Shown here in pieces: positions 29,751 through 38,566 of a DNA stretch of 64,000 nt; position 1 is the stretch's first letter, and the number at the start of each line of letters is the position of its first letter. Location of the stretch: the NCBI GenBank assembly GCA_030603565.1, contig JAUVXM010000005.1:9377-73376 (forward strand), in the 5' to 3' direction. The translations under genes were made by a program, and so were the position numbers. The notes beneath the pieces were generated by a model that saw only the letters and a list, made by a program, of their open reading frames with translations, was not told the DNA's origin and did not search any database. The DNA comes from Candidatus Aminicenantes bacterium (GTDB lineage Bacteria; Acidobacteriota; Aminicenantia; Aminicenantales; Aminicenantaceae).

Positions 29751-29759
29751 TGGTATAAT
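29751..29759 (+). promoter_or_regulatory. candidate extended -10 promoter element for the Gfo/Idh/MocA gene
   Basis: TGGTATAAT (TGnTATAAT) about 30 nt upstream of ATG 29789. No good -35 element. Confidence 0.35.
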
Positions 29760-29788
29760 ATTAATTTATAAAATAGGATAAGGAAACA

Positions 29789-30703
29789 ATGGATAAGCTT
29801 AGAGTCGGGATTATCGGAGTCGGATATCTTGGTACCCAGCATGCAAGAATACTATCTTATTTGGAAAAGGTCGACTTTAAAGGAGTTGCAGATATTGATT
29901 TAAGTAAATCTATGGTAATAGGCAATCGCCATAGGGTTCCCTATTATGAAAATTTTGAAGATATGTTGGATGAAATAGATGCGGGTATTGTAGCGGCTCC
30001 GACTTCAGAGCATTTTTCTATTGCAGAGAGGCTATTAAAAGAAGGGAAATCGGTATTGTTAGAGAAGCCGATGACCGATACTGTAGAGCAAGCTGAGAGG
30101 CTGGTCGATCTGGCCAAAAAAAAAGGCCTTATTCTCCAGATAGGTCATCTGGAAAGGTTCAATCCTGCTGTGGAAGCATTGCATGATATTGTTAAAGAAC
30201 CGAAGTTTATCGAGGTGCAGAGATTGGGCTCTTTTTCAGCCCGCTCCTTGGATACGAATGTAGTGCTTGACCTGATGATCCATGACCTGGATATTATTCT
30301 AGATTTAATAAATGATGAAGTAGATGTTATCCGTTCCTCAGGGATACATGTCTTGTCAGAAAAGTTTGATATTGCCAATGCCCGGCTTGAATTCAAGTCC
30401 GGCTGTGTTGCCACTCTCACTGCCAGCCGTGTCCACCAGGGTAAAGTCAGAAATCTAAGGATATTTGAGCCGACTGCATATTATTCAGTTGATTATATGG
30501 ACCAGGAAGTCAAGTCCTTCCCTTTAAATGGGAGGCAAACAGATATTAAGACACTGAAGATCAAGAAAGAGGAGCCTTTGAAAATAGAGCTTAAAAATTT
30601 TTTATCCTGTGTAAGAACAGGGAAAAACAAAAAAGTAAGCGGAGAAGAGGGTCTGCGTGCCCTAAAGCTTGCTCATAAAATACTGGATGAGATAGGGAAA
30701 TAG
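29789..30703 (+). CDS. Gfo/Idh/MocA-family NAD(P)-dependent oxidoreductase
   Basis: 304 aa. LRVGIIGVGYLG Rossmann N-terminus, LLEKPM motif. Often found beside lipid A genes. Confidence 0.8.
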   Translation: MDKLRVGIIGVGYLGTQHARILSYLEKVDFKGVADIDLSKSMVIGNRHRVPYYENFEDMLDEIDAGIVAAPTSEHFSIAERLLKEGKSVLLEKPMTDTVEQAERLVDLAKKKGLILQIGHLERFNPAVEALHDIVKEPKFIEVQRLGSFSARSLDTNVVLDLMIHDLDIILDLINDEVDVIRSSGIHVLSEKFDIANARLEFKSGCVATLTASRVHQGKVRNLRIFEPTAYYSVDYMDQEVKSFPLNGRQTDIKTLKIKKEEPLKIELKNFLSCVRTGKNKKVSGEEGLRALKLAHKILDEIGK

Positions 30704-30735
30704 GAGACCGGTTTAAATATTTTTGTCAGGCTGGG

Positions 30736-31500
30736 TTACTCCATTTTAAACATAGAGTCTTCGAGGCCGGAATTGAATTTAATCTCAGTGAGAGTCATGG
30801 TCATGAATTCTTCTCCATCCTGGTAAGTGGTCATTGTATGGGCTACCATCATTCCAGCTACCTTTTTATAATCGGTGGTGAAGGACTCGGTTTCAACTTC
30901 TACTCCCATTTGATTTGTAACTAAGGCAACTACTTTGTATGTCAAGTTGGTTTTTGCATCGATATACATAGTAGCTTCCCAGCCGTCCGGATGAATCTGT
31001 TTTAGAACATGATGGTCTTTGCCTTCAAATTTTTCAATGCCTTTATATGTATAAACGATGTTATGTTTTTCCGGGTTTAGAATTATTTCATTTCCCATAG
31101 CATCTCTTTTTATATCATCCGTCATCTGTTCCGACATTTCTTCGTTGGCGCCGGTTTGGGGATTGAACATCCAGGCCATCTCTCCGTCATAAGCCTGAGT
31201 GATAGTCATGCCCATAATTTCAATGTCCATTCGCATTTTATCAGGTTCTTTGCTGTACATAGTTAAGGAACCTTCCATTCCCATCGTGATAAGTTCCATT
31301 GAACCGGTGATAGTAGTATCTTTTATGCTTTCCAGAAGTTTTCTGCCTCCCATGGCCTCAATCGATTTATCAAGGATTTTAAGGGCTTTGGGGTCAGATT
31401 TTTTAACTTCTTTTTCTTGGGCGTTTAGATTTAAAGCAGGCAATATAATCAGACTCAATAGGAAAAAACATAAGGCACATACAGTCAATGTTTTTTTCAT
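30736..31500 (-). CDS. secreted LolA-fold / outer-membrane lipoprotein-sorting-like protein
   Basis: Track ORF extends to 31674, but ATG 31500 (MKKTLTVCALCFFLL... signal peptide) is preceded by AGGAG. Met-rich beta protein. Fold call is tentative. Confidence 0.5.
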   Translation of the reverse strand: MKKTLTVCALCFFLLSLIILPALNLNAQEKEVKKSDPKALKILDKSIEAMGGRKLLESIKDTTITGSMELITMGMEGSLTMYSKEPDKMRMDIEIMGMTITQAYDGEMAWMFNPQTGANEEMSEQMTDDIKRDAMGNEIILNPEKHNIVYTYKGIEKFEGKDHHVLKQIHPDGWEATMYIDAKTNLTYKVVALVTNQMGVEVETESFTTDYKKVAGMMVAHTMTTYQDGEEFMTMTLTEIKFNSGLEDSMFKME

Positions 31501-31594
31501 GAATATCTCCTTTTTTTCGATTATAATTGTTTGTGGTTTAACTGTAAACAAAAATATTCCTCGAATGATAATACGGATTTTATTTAACCTGGAT

Positions 31595-31813
31595 TTACAA
31601 CCAGACATCATACTTTTTAAGCCGGTTAATAAGCACATCTGGATGAAGATTGAGGATATCTGCGGTTTTGGCAAGGTTGTTTCCTGTCAGCTCAAGCAGA
31701 TAGCATATATATCCTTCCTCCAATGAGGCAAGAGTAGGCAAGCAATCTGGGTGGACGTCCTGTTTTAGGTGAGTTAAATAATGGTTGAGGTATTTTGATT
31801 TTCGCATAAGCAT
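31595..31813 (-). CDS. small Fis-type helix-turn-helix protein
   Basis: 72 aa. The C-terminal half (LEEGYICYLLELTGNNLAKTADILNLHPDVLINRLKKY) parallels the HTH tail of the neighbouring EBP (LEKEYIIYLMKLTDNNKRKAAKILDISRTTLYNKLAKY). GGAAG RBS. Lies downstream of the sigma-54 promoter. Confidence 0.5.
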   Translation of the reverse strand: MLMRKSKYLNHYLTHLKQDVHPDCLPTLASLEEGYICYLLELTGNNLAKTADILNLHPDVLINRLKKYDVWL

Positions 31814-31938
31814 ATTATCTTCCGTAATATTTATCTTCCATTCATAATGATAATAAAAGATACCGGTAAGATTTTTTTAAAGATTTTGAAAAGATTTATT
31901 ACTTTGGCCTCCTCGCCTGTATTTCAATACTTATTTAT

Positions 31939-31954
31939 GCAAAGAAAGTGCCAG
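31939..31954 (-). promoter_or_regulatory. sigma-54 (-24/-12) promoter
   Basis: The reverse complement reads CTGGCAC-TTTCT-TTGCA, a perfect TGGCAC-N5-TTGC. About 125 nt upstream of the small HTH ORF (31813) and downstream of the sigma-54 EBP gene. Confidence 0.7.
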
Positions 31955-32151
31955 ATATATAAATGTAGATAAGTTGTTGATATTATAGAAAATAGCAGGT
32001 ATTATAAGGGCCCTTCCTGGGGATTGGTTTTGTATAATTACTGAACACTTATTTTCGGATAATATGTAATGTATAGATAATAATTGAGTTATGCATTAAT
32101 ACGTTTTCTGTTCAATAGTTTAACATGCGAATATAAAAATGCGAAAAAGAG

Positions 32152-32310
32152 AATTTTACACTGAGGACGCTGAGAACACGGATTAAAGCTAAAAAATATT
32201 AGAAGAGGATCGATGCGGATAAGACAAAGAAGCTTTTTCTTTTTGGCTTGTAGCCAAAAATAAAAAGCTATTTCCAATTTGTGCTGGAGCACAAAATGAA
32301 AACCTTTTTT
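32152..32310. repeat. partial family-C repeat
   Basis: AATTTTACACTGAGGACGCTGAGAACACGGAT..GATGCGGATAAGAC..TTTTTGGCTTGTAGCCAAAAA..TTTGTGCTGGAGCACAAA shares its modules with 9861-9980 and 55650-55770. Confidence 0.8.
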
Positions 32311-32332
32311 TAACTTTCAGGCGAGCCGAGAT

Positions 32333-32522
32333 GAAATTCTGGTGTGGATTAAGCGACATTGAAGATTTAGCCTTCTTCTGAGAGCGCTATTTGGGGGAAC
32401 CCGGCAGAGCCGGACTGAGAGCATGTCTGACCCCCGTCCGTGGGGAGTTGCGCAGCAGCCGAAAAGAGCGGTATAAGAATGGCGTTAAAAATCTGAATGA
32501 GCCCAAGCCACACCCGAATTTC
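32333..32522. repeat. hairpin module carrying a ~143-bp GC-rich insertion in its loop
   Basis: The arms GAAATTCTGGTGTGG (32333-32347) and CCACACCCGAATTTC (32508-32522) equal the 19023-19068 hairpin. The loop ends TTAAGCGA..GCCCAAG are retained, with extra DNA between them. Confidence 0.75.
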
Positions 32523-32553
32523 ATCTTTTATGAATAGTTCAGGCGGACCTGAA

Positions 32554-33909
32554 TTATTCACGGATATTATACTTAGCCAGTTTATTGTACAGCGTAGTGC
32601 GGGAGATATCGAGAATTTTAGCAGCCTTACGTTTATTATTATCTGTAAGTTTCATCAGATATATAATGTATTCTTTTTCCAAGCCATCAAGAGTTGAAAG
32701 ATTTTGCTTGTCGATGAAGGGAATTTCATGTTTAGAAAAGAATGTTGATCGCAGGTTTTTAGGGAGATCCTCAATGTCAATAAAATCTTTATTGCAAAGC
32801 ATCACTGCTCTTTCCAGAACATTCTCAAGCTCTCTTATATTGCCCGGCCATTTATACTTTAAAAACAATTTCTGGACATGGCGGGAGATTCCTTTGATAT
32901 GCTTAGAAAATTTCTTATTAAATCTATCCAGAAAATACCTGGCCAGAAGGGGAATATCCTCAGGTTTTTCTCTCAAGGGAGGAAGGTGGATTTCTACTTT
33001 ATTAAGACGGTGGTATAAATCCTCTCGAAATATTTTTTTCTTTATGCAATCTTTAAGGTTTCTGTTTGTAGCGGCAATTATTTTCACATTGACTTTTTTT
33101 ATTTCATTAGAACCCAAAGGGCGGTATTGCTGGTATTCTAAGACTCTAAGCAGTTTTGCCTGAACAGAAACGGGGATTTCAGCGATCTCATCTAAGAAAA
33201 TAATTCCCTTGTGGGCTTCTTCGAACAGGCCTTTCCTATTTTTATCAGCGCCTGTAAAGGCTCCTTTAGCATATCCAAAAAGCTCTGATTCAAATAAAGT
33301 AACCGGGATGGAGACACAATCACAGATGACAAGTTTTTTGTTTGTTATCTGGCTGGAATGGTGTATAGCATTAGCTATCATTTCTTTTCCAGTTCCTGTT
33401 TCGCCTGTGATCAAGATAGTTGAAAAATATTTAGCTATTTTTTCAATTAAAGAGAATATTTCCAGCATATATGGGCTTTTACCGACGATCCCTTGGAAAA
33501 GATATTTTTTCTCCAAGCGTTTTTCCAGTCGATAGGTCTCTTTCCGTAATTTCTTTTTATCCTTGATTTCTTGGAAAGCATGGTGCAAGTCTTCTTTCTG
33601 AAAGGGTTTTGTTATATATTCAGTTGCTCCAGCATTTATCAGCTCCATAACTTTATAACTTGGAAGAAGACTGCCGACGAGAATTACATCCAGCATTGCG
33701 TCAGATTTTTTTAGCTCTCTGATAAGGGTAACTCTATTAAATTCATCCCTGTCTATATCGATGACGATTATATCCGTGTCATGTTCTATGGTGAATGTAA
33801 GGATTTCTTTTAAATTTTCCGAATAAAATACTTCACAATTAGCGATTAATTTAGAACTAGAAGCCAAGTCATAGGAGGTAATATCTTCATCTACAATTAC
33901 TAGATTCAT
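32554..33909 (-). CDS. sigma-54-dependent enhancer-binding protein with receiver-like N-domain (NtrC family)
   Basis: 451 aa. GETGTGKE Walker A, GAFTGA loop, ESELFGY, C-terminal Fis-type HTH. Receiver-like N-domain with IVIDIDRDE and ITKPF. Confidence 0.9.
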   Translation of the reverse strand: MNLVIVDEDITSYDLASSSKLIANCEVFYSENLKEILTFTIEHDTDIIVIDIDRDEFNRVTLIRELKKSDAMLDVILVGSLLPSYKVMELINAGATEYITKPFQKEDLHHAFQEIKDKKKLRKETYRLEKRLEKKYLFQGIVGKSPYMLEIFSLIEKIAKYFSTILITGETGTGKEMIANAIHHSSQITNKKLVICDCVSIPVTLFESELFGYAKGAFTGADKNRKGLFEEAHKGIIFLDEIAEIPVSVQAKLLRVLEYQQYRPLGSNEIKKVNVKIIAATNRNLKDCIKKKIFREDLYHRLNKVEIHLPPLREKPEDIPLLARYFLDRFNKKFSKHIKGISRHVQKLFLKYKWPGNIRELENVLERAVMLCNKDFIDIEDLPKNLRSTFFSKHEIPFIDKQNLSTLDGLEKEYIIYLMKLTDNNKRKAAKILDISRTTLYNKLAKYNIRE

Positions 33910-33995
33910 TCTATATCCCTTTGTCTTATTTTACTCTGCACAATATCTTTTCTGATATATTATCAGTTTATTAAAATCATTACAAACAATTTGCC

Positions 33996-34024
33996 TTGAC
34001 AATTATAGGGTTTTCCGCTAGTAT
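33996..34024 (+). promoter_or_regulatory. candidate sigma-70 promoter upstream of the SpoIID-like gene
   Basis: TTGACA (33996-34001), 17-nt spacer, TAGTAT (34019-34024). A second TTGACA-N17-ATATAT lies at 34104-34132. Confidence 0.4.
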
Positions 34025-34163
34025 ACACAATTCCTAATAAAGCAAAGAATCTACAACATATAGTGTAAGGAAAACAAAGAGGTTGAATATATAGTTTTTT
34101 TTATTGACAAAAGGGTTTTAATTAAGATATATTTCTATTAAATTCACTCAATAATTCAGCAAA

Positions 34164-36386
34164 ATGAAAAAATTTCTGTACAAAAATCTGAAGTACTTTA
34201 TCGCCATCTCTATTTCTCTTTTTCTCCTAGGTGGACAGCCAGTTGAATTTGGGAAAGATAAGGATTTTTTTCAAGGGTATTTAATTCCAAAGCCGATAAT
34301 ACGCATAGGGCTGGGAGCAAATCTCGATCAGATAAAACTATCAGCTTCTTCCGGGATGAAGGTCTACGAGGTTATTAATAATTACAAACTTATAGCTGAA
34401 GATATTGATGAAGTATTTATCAAAGGATTTAAAGAAAAACTGAAGGAAAAATACACAATTCAAGTTGCACACGCTAAAAACAAAGAGGAAGCAGAGATTA
34501 TCGCCCAGGATCTAAAAATGAAGATCGAACAGAAGGTATATGTCAGACAGACTGCAGAAGATGATTTTTTTGGCAGATATAAAATAATTGTGGGAGATTT
34601 TATAACTAGAGAGGATGCTTTAAATTATATAGGGAAACTTAGGGAGCATGGGGTTGAGGATCCCTGGATTTTACGAGAGGAAATCACTAATGAGGAATCC
34701 AAACCTCTCTGGATTATGGTGGATGATGAATTTATAAGCCTGAGTGATAACACAGAACTTTATTTTATTCCCAGTAATCCTCAGAGTTACCTTTCCTACA
34801 AAGGAAGGGATTATCGTGGCATTCTAACTCTGAAAGCTTTACCTAGTGGTATAGTTCTGGTGAATACTCTTTACATAGAAGATTATCTTAAAGCTGTTGT
34901 TCCCAGCGAGCTCTCGCCTTACAATTTTCCTGAACTTGAAGCGCAAAAAGCTCAGGCCATTGCTGCCCGAACTTATGCCATTAAAAATATGGATTCATAT
35001 GCTGACCTCGGATATGACTTGTGCGATACTCCAAAATCTCAGTTTTATCTCGGCATGAATGCGGAGCATCCTATAAGCAATCAAGCAGTTAGGGAGACAA
35101 AGGGAGAGGTTGCTGTATACAGAGGGAAATTGATCAATGCCCTTTATACCAGTACTTGTGGAGGGAGAACTGAAGATGTAGAGAATATTTTCTCTGGGTC
35201 GGCTCTTCCTTACCTTAGAAGTACAAGTTGTGTATATGAAAAGCAAAGAGAATGGCAGATTAAGAGCAATAAGTCTTTTGTTCCTATCTATGTCAGTGGT
35301 GAAAATATCAGCCCGGAAGTCGCCTCCCTTATAAGCCTGGGAATTATTCTCTCTGAAATGCGTCCGGCTTTTTTCAATGAGTTGATTTCTGTTTCGGAAG
35401 CGGAATCTTGGCTTAGAAATGCCAGTGCATTACTTGGGAAGAAGAATAATGTTAACAAAAATGCTTCCAAAAAATCTTCTTTTACCTTGGAAATGTTTGT
35501 TGATATGGTTATAGATATGTTTGCTTGGCAGGGCAGGGTAGATAATCTATTACTTGAGAGCGAGAAGGATTTTATTCTAAAAAATAGGGGAGAATGGTCA
35601 GAGAAGACAGAAGGCAATGCGGCCTATCTTATTCAGTCAGGGATTCTTCCTTCTTTTGATAAAATCGGCAGCTCCCACAGAGCCCTCACAAGGGGGGAAG
35701 TTGTCTTGTATCTCTGGAAAGTTATGCAAAACTATAAAAGTTTTACAAAGGAAGGAATATTCAAGGCTAAACATGAAGATAAGATCGAATTGGAGATGGA
35801 AGAGGATAAGCTGCAGCTGGCGCTATCTCCGGATATTTTTCTGATAAGAAACTACAATGGGATATGTTCTTTTGTATCTCAACTTGAGGTTCTGGGCGGA
35901 GAAAAAGTAAAGTGGATTGAAACTGAGGGAGAAGTTCTTCTTATAGAAATTATTTATCCTCCTTATTCTAACATTTTAGATCGAAGCTCGACCTATCATA
36001 ACTGGCAGGAAAGAATTTCCCGGGAAGATTTAAGTAAGAGGATAAACCAATATTATCCAGTAGGAGAGTTAGATGATATAGTCTCTCAAAAAAGGGGGAG
36101 TTCAAAGCGGGTAATTGAACTTCTAATAAAAGGAAGCAATCCTCCTGTCCTGGTTAAAGGCTTGAGGATTCGGAGGGTTCTGGGTCTGAGGGATACCCTT
36201 TTTATTATTGACCGGGAATTTGATGAAGGCGGAAAAGTGAAATATTTTACTTTCAGAGGGAAGGGCTGGGGCCATGGAGTAGGCTTGTGCCAGATCGGGG
36301 CCTTTGGAATGGCCCAGGCCGGAGCTGATCACAAGGAAATATTAAAAAAGTATTATCACGGCATCAAAATAGATAATATCTATTAA
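34164..36386 (+). CDS. SpoIID/LytB-domain protein with N-terminal SPOR-like domain
   Basis: 740 aa. SPOR-like YTIQVAHAKNKEEAE...YKIIVGDFITREDA. SpoIID core YLKAVVPSELSP...AQAIAARTYA...YTSTCGGRTED. C-terminal GWGHGVGLCQIGAFGMAQAG, separated from the core by about 330 aa. Confidence 0.8.
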   Translation: MKKFLYKNLKYFIAISISLFLLGGQPVEFGKDKDFFQGYLIPKPIIRIGLGANLDQIKLSASSGMKVYEVINNYKLIAEDIDEVFIKGFKEKLKEKYTIQVAHAKNKEEAEIIAQDLKMKIEQKVYVRQTAEDDFFGRYKIIVGDFITREDALNYIGKLREHGVEDPWILREEITNEESKPLWIMVDDEFISLSDNTELYFIPSNPQSYLSYKGRDYRGILTLKALPSGIVLVNTLYIEDYLKAVVPSELSPYNFPELEAQKAQAIAARTYAIKNMDSYADLGYDLCDTPKSQFYLGMNAEHPISNQAVRETKGEVAVYRGKLINALYTSTCGGRTEDVENIFSGSALPYLRSTSCVYEKQREWQIKSNKSFVPIYVSGENISPEVASLISLGIILSEMRPAFFNELISVSEAESWLRNASALLGKKNNVNKNASKKSSFTLEMFVDMVIDMFAWQGRVDNLLLESEKDFILKNRGEWSEKTEGNAAYLIQSGILPSFDKIGSSHRALTRGEVVLYLWKVMQNYKSFTKEGIFKAKHEDKIELEMEEDKLQLALSPDIFLIRNYNGICSFVSQLEVLGGEKVKWIETEGEVLLIEIIYPPYSNILDRSSTYHNWQERISREDLSKRINQYYPVGELDDIVSQKRGSSKRVIELLIKGSNPPVLVKGLRIRRVLGLRDTLFIIDREFDEGGKVKYFTFRGKGWGHGVGLCQIGAFGMAQAGADHKEILKKYYHGIKIDNIY

Positions 36387-36501
36387 ACCGACCCCCCCCA
36401 TTTTTTCTAAGCTTCAGAGCCTTAGGCAAGAATCAGGTCAGTTAACATGATTCTTTTTACCGCTTTTTTATTAAAAAATGGATTTCCTCTTCTTTTTTTC
36501 T

Positions 36502-36597
36502 GGATTTCCCGGCTGGGGGAAATCCCTGTCTTTCGCAGGGACTTACCCGTGTCCATGCCTCCACCTCTTCAGGTTTGAAAAAATTTGAGGGAACTCC
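36502..36597. repeat. family-D repeat module
   Basis: GGATTTCCCGGCTGGGGGAAATCC hairpin, then CTGTCTTTCGCAGGGACTTACCCGTGTCCATGCCTCCACC...TTGAAAAAATTTGAGGGAACTCC. By eye about 85% identical to 55913-56005. Confidence 0.8.
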
Positions 36598-36669
36598 TTT
36601 TTCTTTCCTCAGTTGCTTTTTATAAGCAATTAGCATAGAATTTTCTATTCTAAATTCAAGGAAATAATT

Positions 36670-38052
36670 ATGAAAGCAGACAGAAAAGAACCTAGTGTAG
36701 GATTAGCTCTTATTCCGGTTATTTTTTTAATCGGAGCCTTATTTACGATTATTGTTATCCTTAAACAGACTGCCCATATCCCTCTTATATTGGGTGCTTC
36801 TGCAGCAGCTGGAGTAGCGGTTTATTTAAAGTATCCGTGGAAGGAAATTCAAGACGGGATTGTAAATGGCATCAATTTAGCTATGGCAGCTATCCTGATT
36901 CTAATAGTTGTCGGAACTTTGATCGGGACTTGGATTTCAGGGGGTATTGTGCCTGCTATGATCTATTATGGCCTTAAAGCGCTCTCTCCCGGGATATTTC
37001 TGGCAGCAACCATGGTAATATGTTCTATCATTTCTCTTGGCACTGGCTCTTCCTGGTCAACAGCAGGTACGGTTGGGGTCGCCCTTATAGGTGTAGGGCA
37101 GGGATTGAATATTCCAGTGCCTATGGTAGCAGGAGCAATTATTTCAGGGGCTTATTTTGGGGACAAAATGTCGCCTCTCTCCGATACTACAAATTTAGCT
37201 CCGGCTGTAGCTGGTACGGATTTATTCTCGCATATAAGGCATATGGTTTATACGGCTACTCCAGGTTATATTATCGCTTTGGTTTTATACGCGTATTTAG
37301 GAACAAAATTCTCAGGGGGTGCTCTGACTTCTCAAAATATTGAAACCATGTTATCCACTATAAAAGCAAACTTTTTTATCCATCCTGTCCTATTGCTGCC
37401 CCCTTTGTTGGTAATTGTCATGGTTATATTTAAAACACCTCCGCTGCCGGCCCTGTTAGGAGGAACCCTTATGGGGGGGATTTTTGCCGTAGTGACTCAA
37501 TCTAAATCTCTGGGAGATGTGATCCAGGCTGCCCATTCCGGATATATTTCTGAGACAGGGGTAGCTATGGTGGATGAACTACTTTCCCGGGGTGGACTTC
37601 TGAGCATGATGGAAACTGTTGCTCTAATAATATGCGCTCTTTCTTTTGGCGGGATTATGGAGAAAACCGGAATGTTGAGAGTTCTGGCGGGAGCGCTTCT
37701 TAAGTATGTCAAGCGGACAGGCACTTTGGTAACAACGGTTGTCTTCAGTTGTATAGGAATGAATATACTTGCTGCTGACCAGTATATTGCTATTGTTGTT
37801 CCTGGAAGGATGTTTAAAAGCGCTTTTGAGGCAAAGGGCCTGCATCCAAAAAATCTCTCCCGAGTTCTTGAAAACTCGGGGACTTTGACCTCCCCGCTTA
37901 TTCCCTGGAACAGCTGCGGGGCGTTTATGGGGGCGACATTAATGGTGAGCCCTTTTGCGTATCTTCCTTACGCCTACCTTAATCTTTTGGTTCCCTTGAT
38001 TTCCATTTTCTTTGGTTATACTGGAATAACAATGGCAAAAATTGACAAATAA
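36670..38052 (+). CDS. nhaC: Na+/H+ antiporter, NhaC family
   Basis: 460 aa polytopic membrane protein with an NhaC-like pattern (GDKMSPLSDTTNLAPAVAG, LIPWNSCGAFM). Confidence 0.8.
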   Translation: MKADRKEPSVGLALIPVIFLIGALFTIIVILKQTAHIPLILGASAAAGVAVYLKYPWKEIQDGIVNGINLAMAAILILIVVGTLIGTWISGGIVPAMIYYGLKALSPGIFLAATMVICSIISLGTGSSWSTAGTVGVALIGVGQGLNIPVPMVAGAIISGAYFGDKMSPLSDTTNLAPAVAGTDLFSHIRHMVYTATPGYIIALVLYAYLGTKFSGGALTSQNIETMLSTIKANFFIHPVLLLPPLLVIVMVIFKTPPLPALLGGTLMGGIFAVVTQSKSLGDVIQAAHSGYISETGVAMVDELLSRGGLLSMMETVALIICALSFGGIMEKTGMLRVLAGALLKYVKRTGTLVTTVVFSCIGMNILAADQYIAIVVPGRMFKSAFEAKGLHPKNLSRVLENSGTLTSPLIPWNSCGAFMGATLMVSPFAYLPYAYLNLLVPLISIFFGYTGITMAKIDK

Positions 38053-38107
38053 CCTGGATTATTCACGAGTTGAGGTTGTTGCAGATACAAGGCGCAGGGT
38101 ATGAAGC
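38053..38107. repeat. type B terminus fragment abutting the nhaC stop codon
   Basis: CCTGGATTATTCACGAGTTGAGGTTGTTGCAGATACAAGGCGCAGGGTATGAAGC begins at the nucleotide after TAA 38050-38052. Confidence 0.8.
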
Positions 38108-38177
38108 TAGGGTAGTAAAGGTTTACTAGATCGGGTTATCTCTGTTATAATTGTTGTTTCAAAAAGAGAGGAAATGA

Positions 38178-38552
38178 ATGATTTTTGGATTAGGTATTGA
38201 TATTATCGAGGTGGATAGGATAAAAAGGCAGATTTCAAAGGGAGGCAGGTTCAAAGAAAGAATATATACTTCAAGAGAAATAGCTTATTGTGAAAAAAAA
38301 AAGTATAAATCCCAGAATTATGCTGCCCGTTTTGCCGCTAAAGAGGCATTTTTTAAAGCTATGGGAATGGGATGGAGAGGCGGATTGACTTTTAAGGATG
38401 TAGAAATAATCAATGACAAGTTGGGCAAGCCTGAAATAATTGTGCATGGGAAAGCAAAGCAGCTTATGGCAAAGGAAGGTATAAAACATATCCATGTCTC
38501 CTTGTCACATATAAAAAATTTAGCAACTTCGATTGTAACTATAGAAAAATAA
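38178..38552 (+). CDS. acpS: holo-ACP synthase (4'-phosphopantetheinyl transferase)
   Basis: 124 aa. GLGIDIIEV N-terminus, FAAKEAFFKA motif, SLSHIKNLATSIV. Confidence 0.9.
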   Translation: MIFGLGIDIIEVDRIKRQISKGGRFKERIYTSREIAYCEKKKYKSQNYAARFAAKEAFFKAMGMGWRGGLTFKDVEIINDKLGKPEIIVHGKAKQLMAKEGIKHIHVSLSHIKNLATSIVTIEK

Positions 38553-38566
38553 AAGAGGAGCAGAGA

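Noticed and set aside
30736-31674. N-terminal extensions in track ORFs (30736..31674, 15150..17633, 57084..57878, 62086..63012, 58035.., 59565.., 60730.., 17751.., 8626..).
   Set aside because: Internal ATGs are preceded by Shine-Dalgarno sequences and give canonical N-termini or signal peptides. Several extensions start at TTG inside repeat DNA.
32394-32440. GGGGGAACCCGG...ACUGAGAGC...ACCCCC resembles the first half of a TPP riboswitch. The whole 32333-32522 hairpin also recalled 6S or SRP RNA.
   Set aside because: The pyrophosphate-sensor half of the THI box (..CCUGAUCYGGNUAAURCC.GCG.AGGGA) is absent. No thiamine gene is adjacent. I see no SRP domain IV motif or convincing 6S central bubble. 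Part of the segment is a dispersed repeat module.
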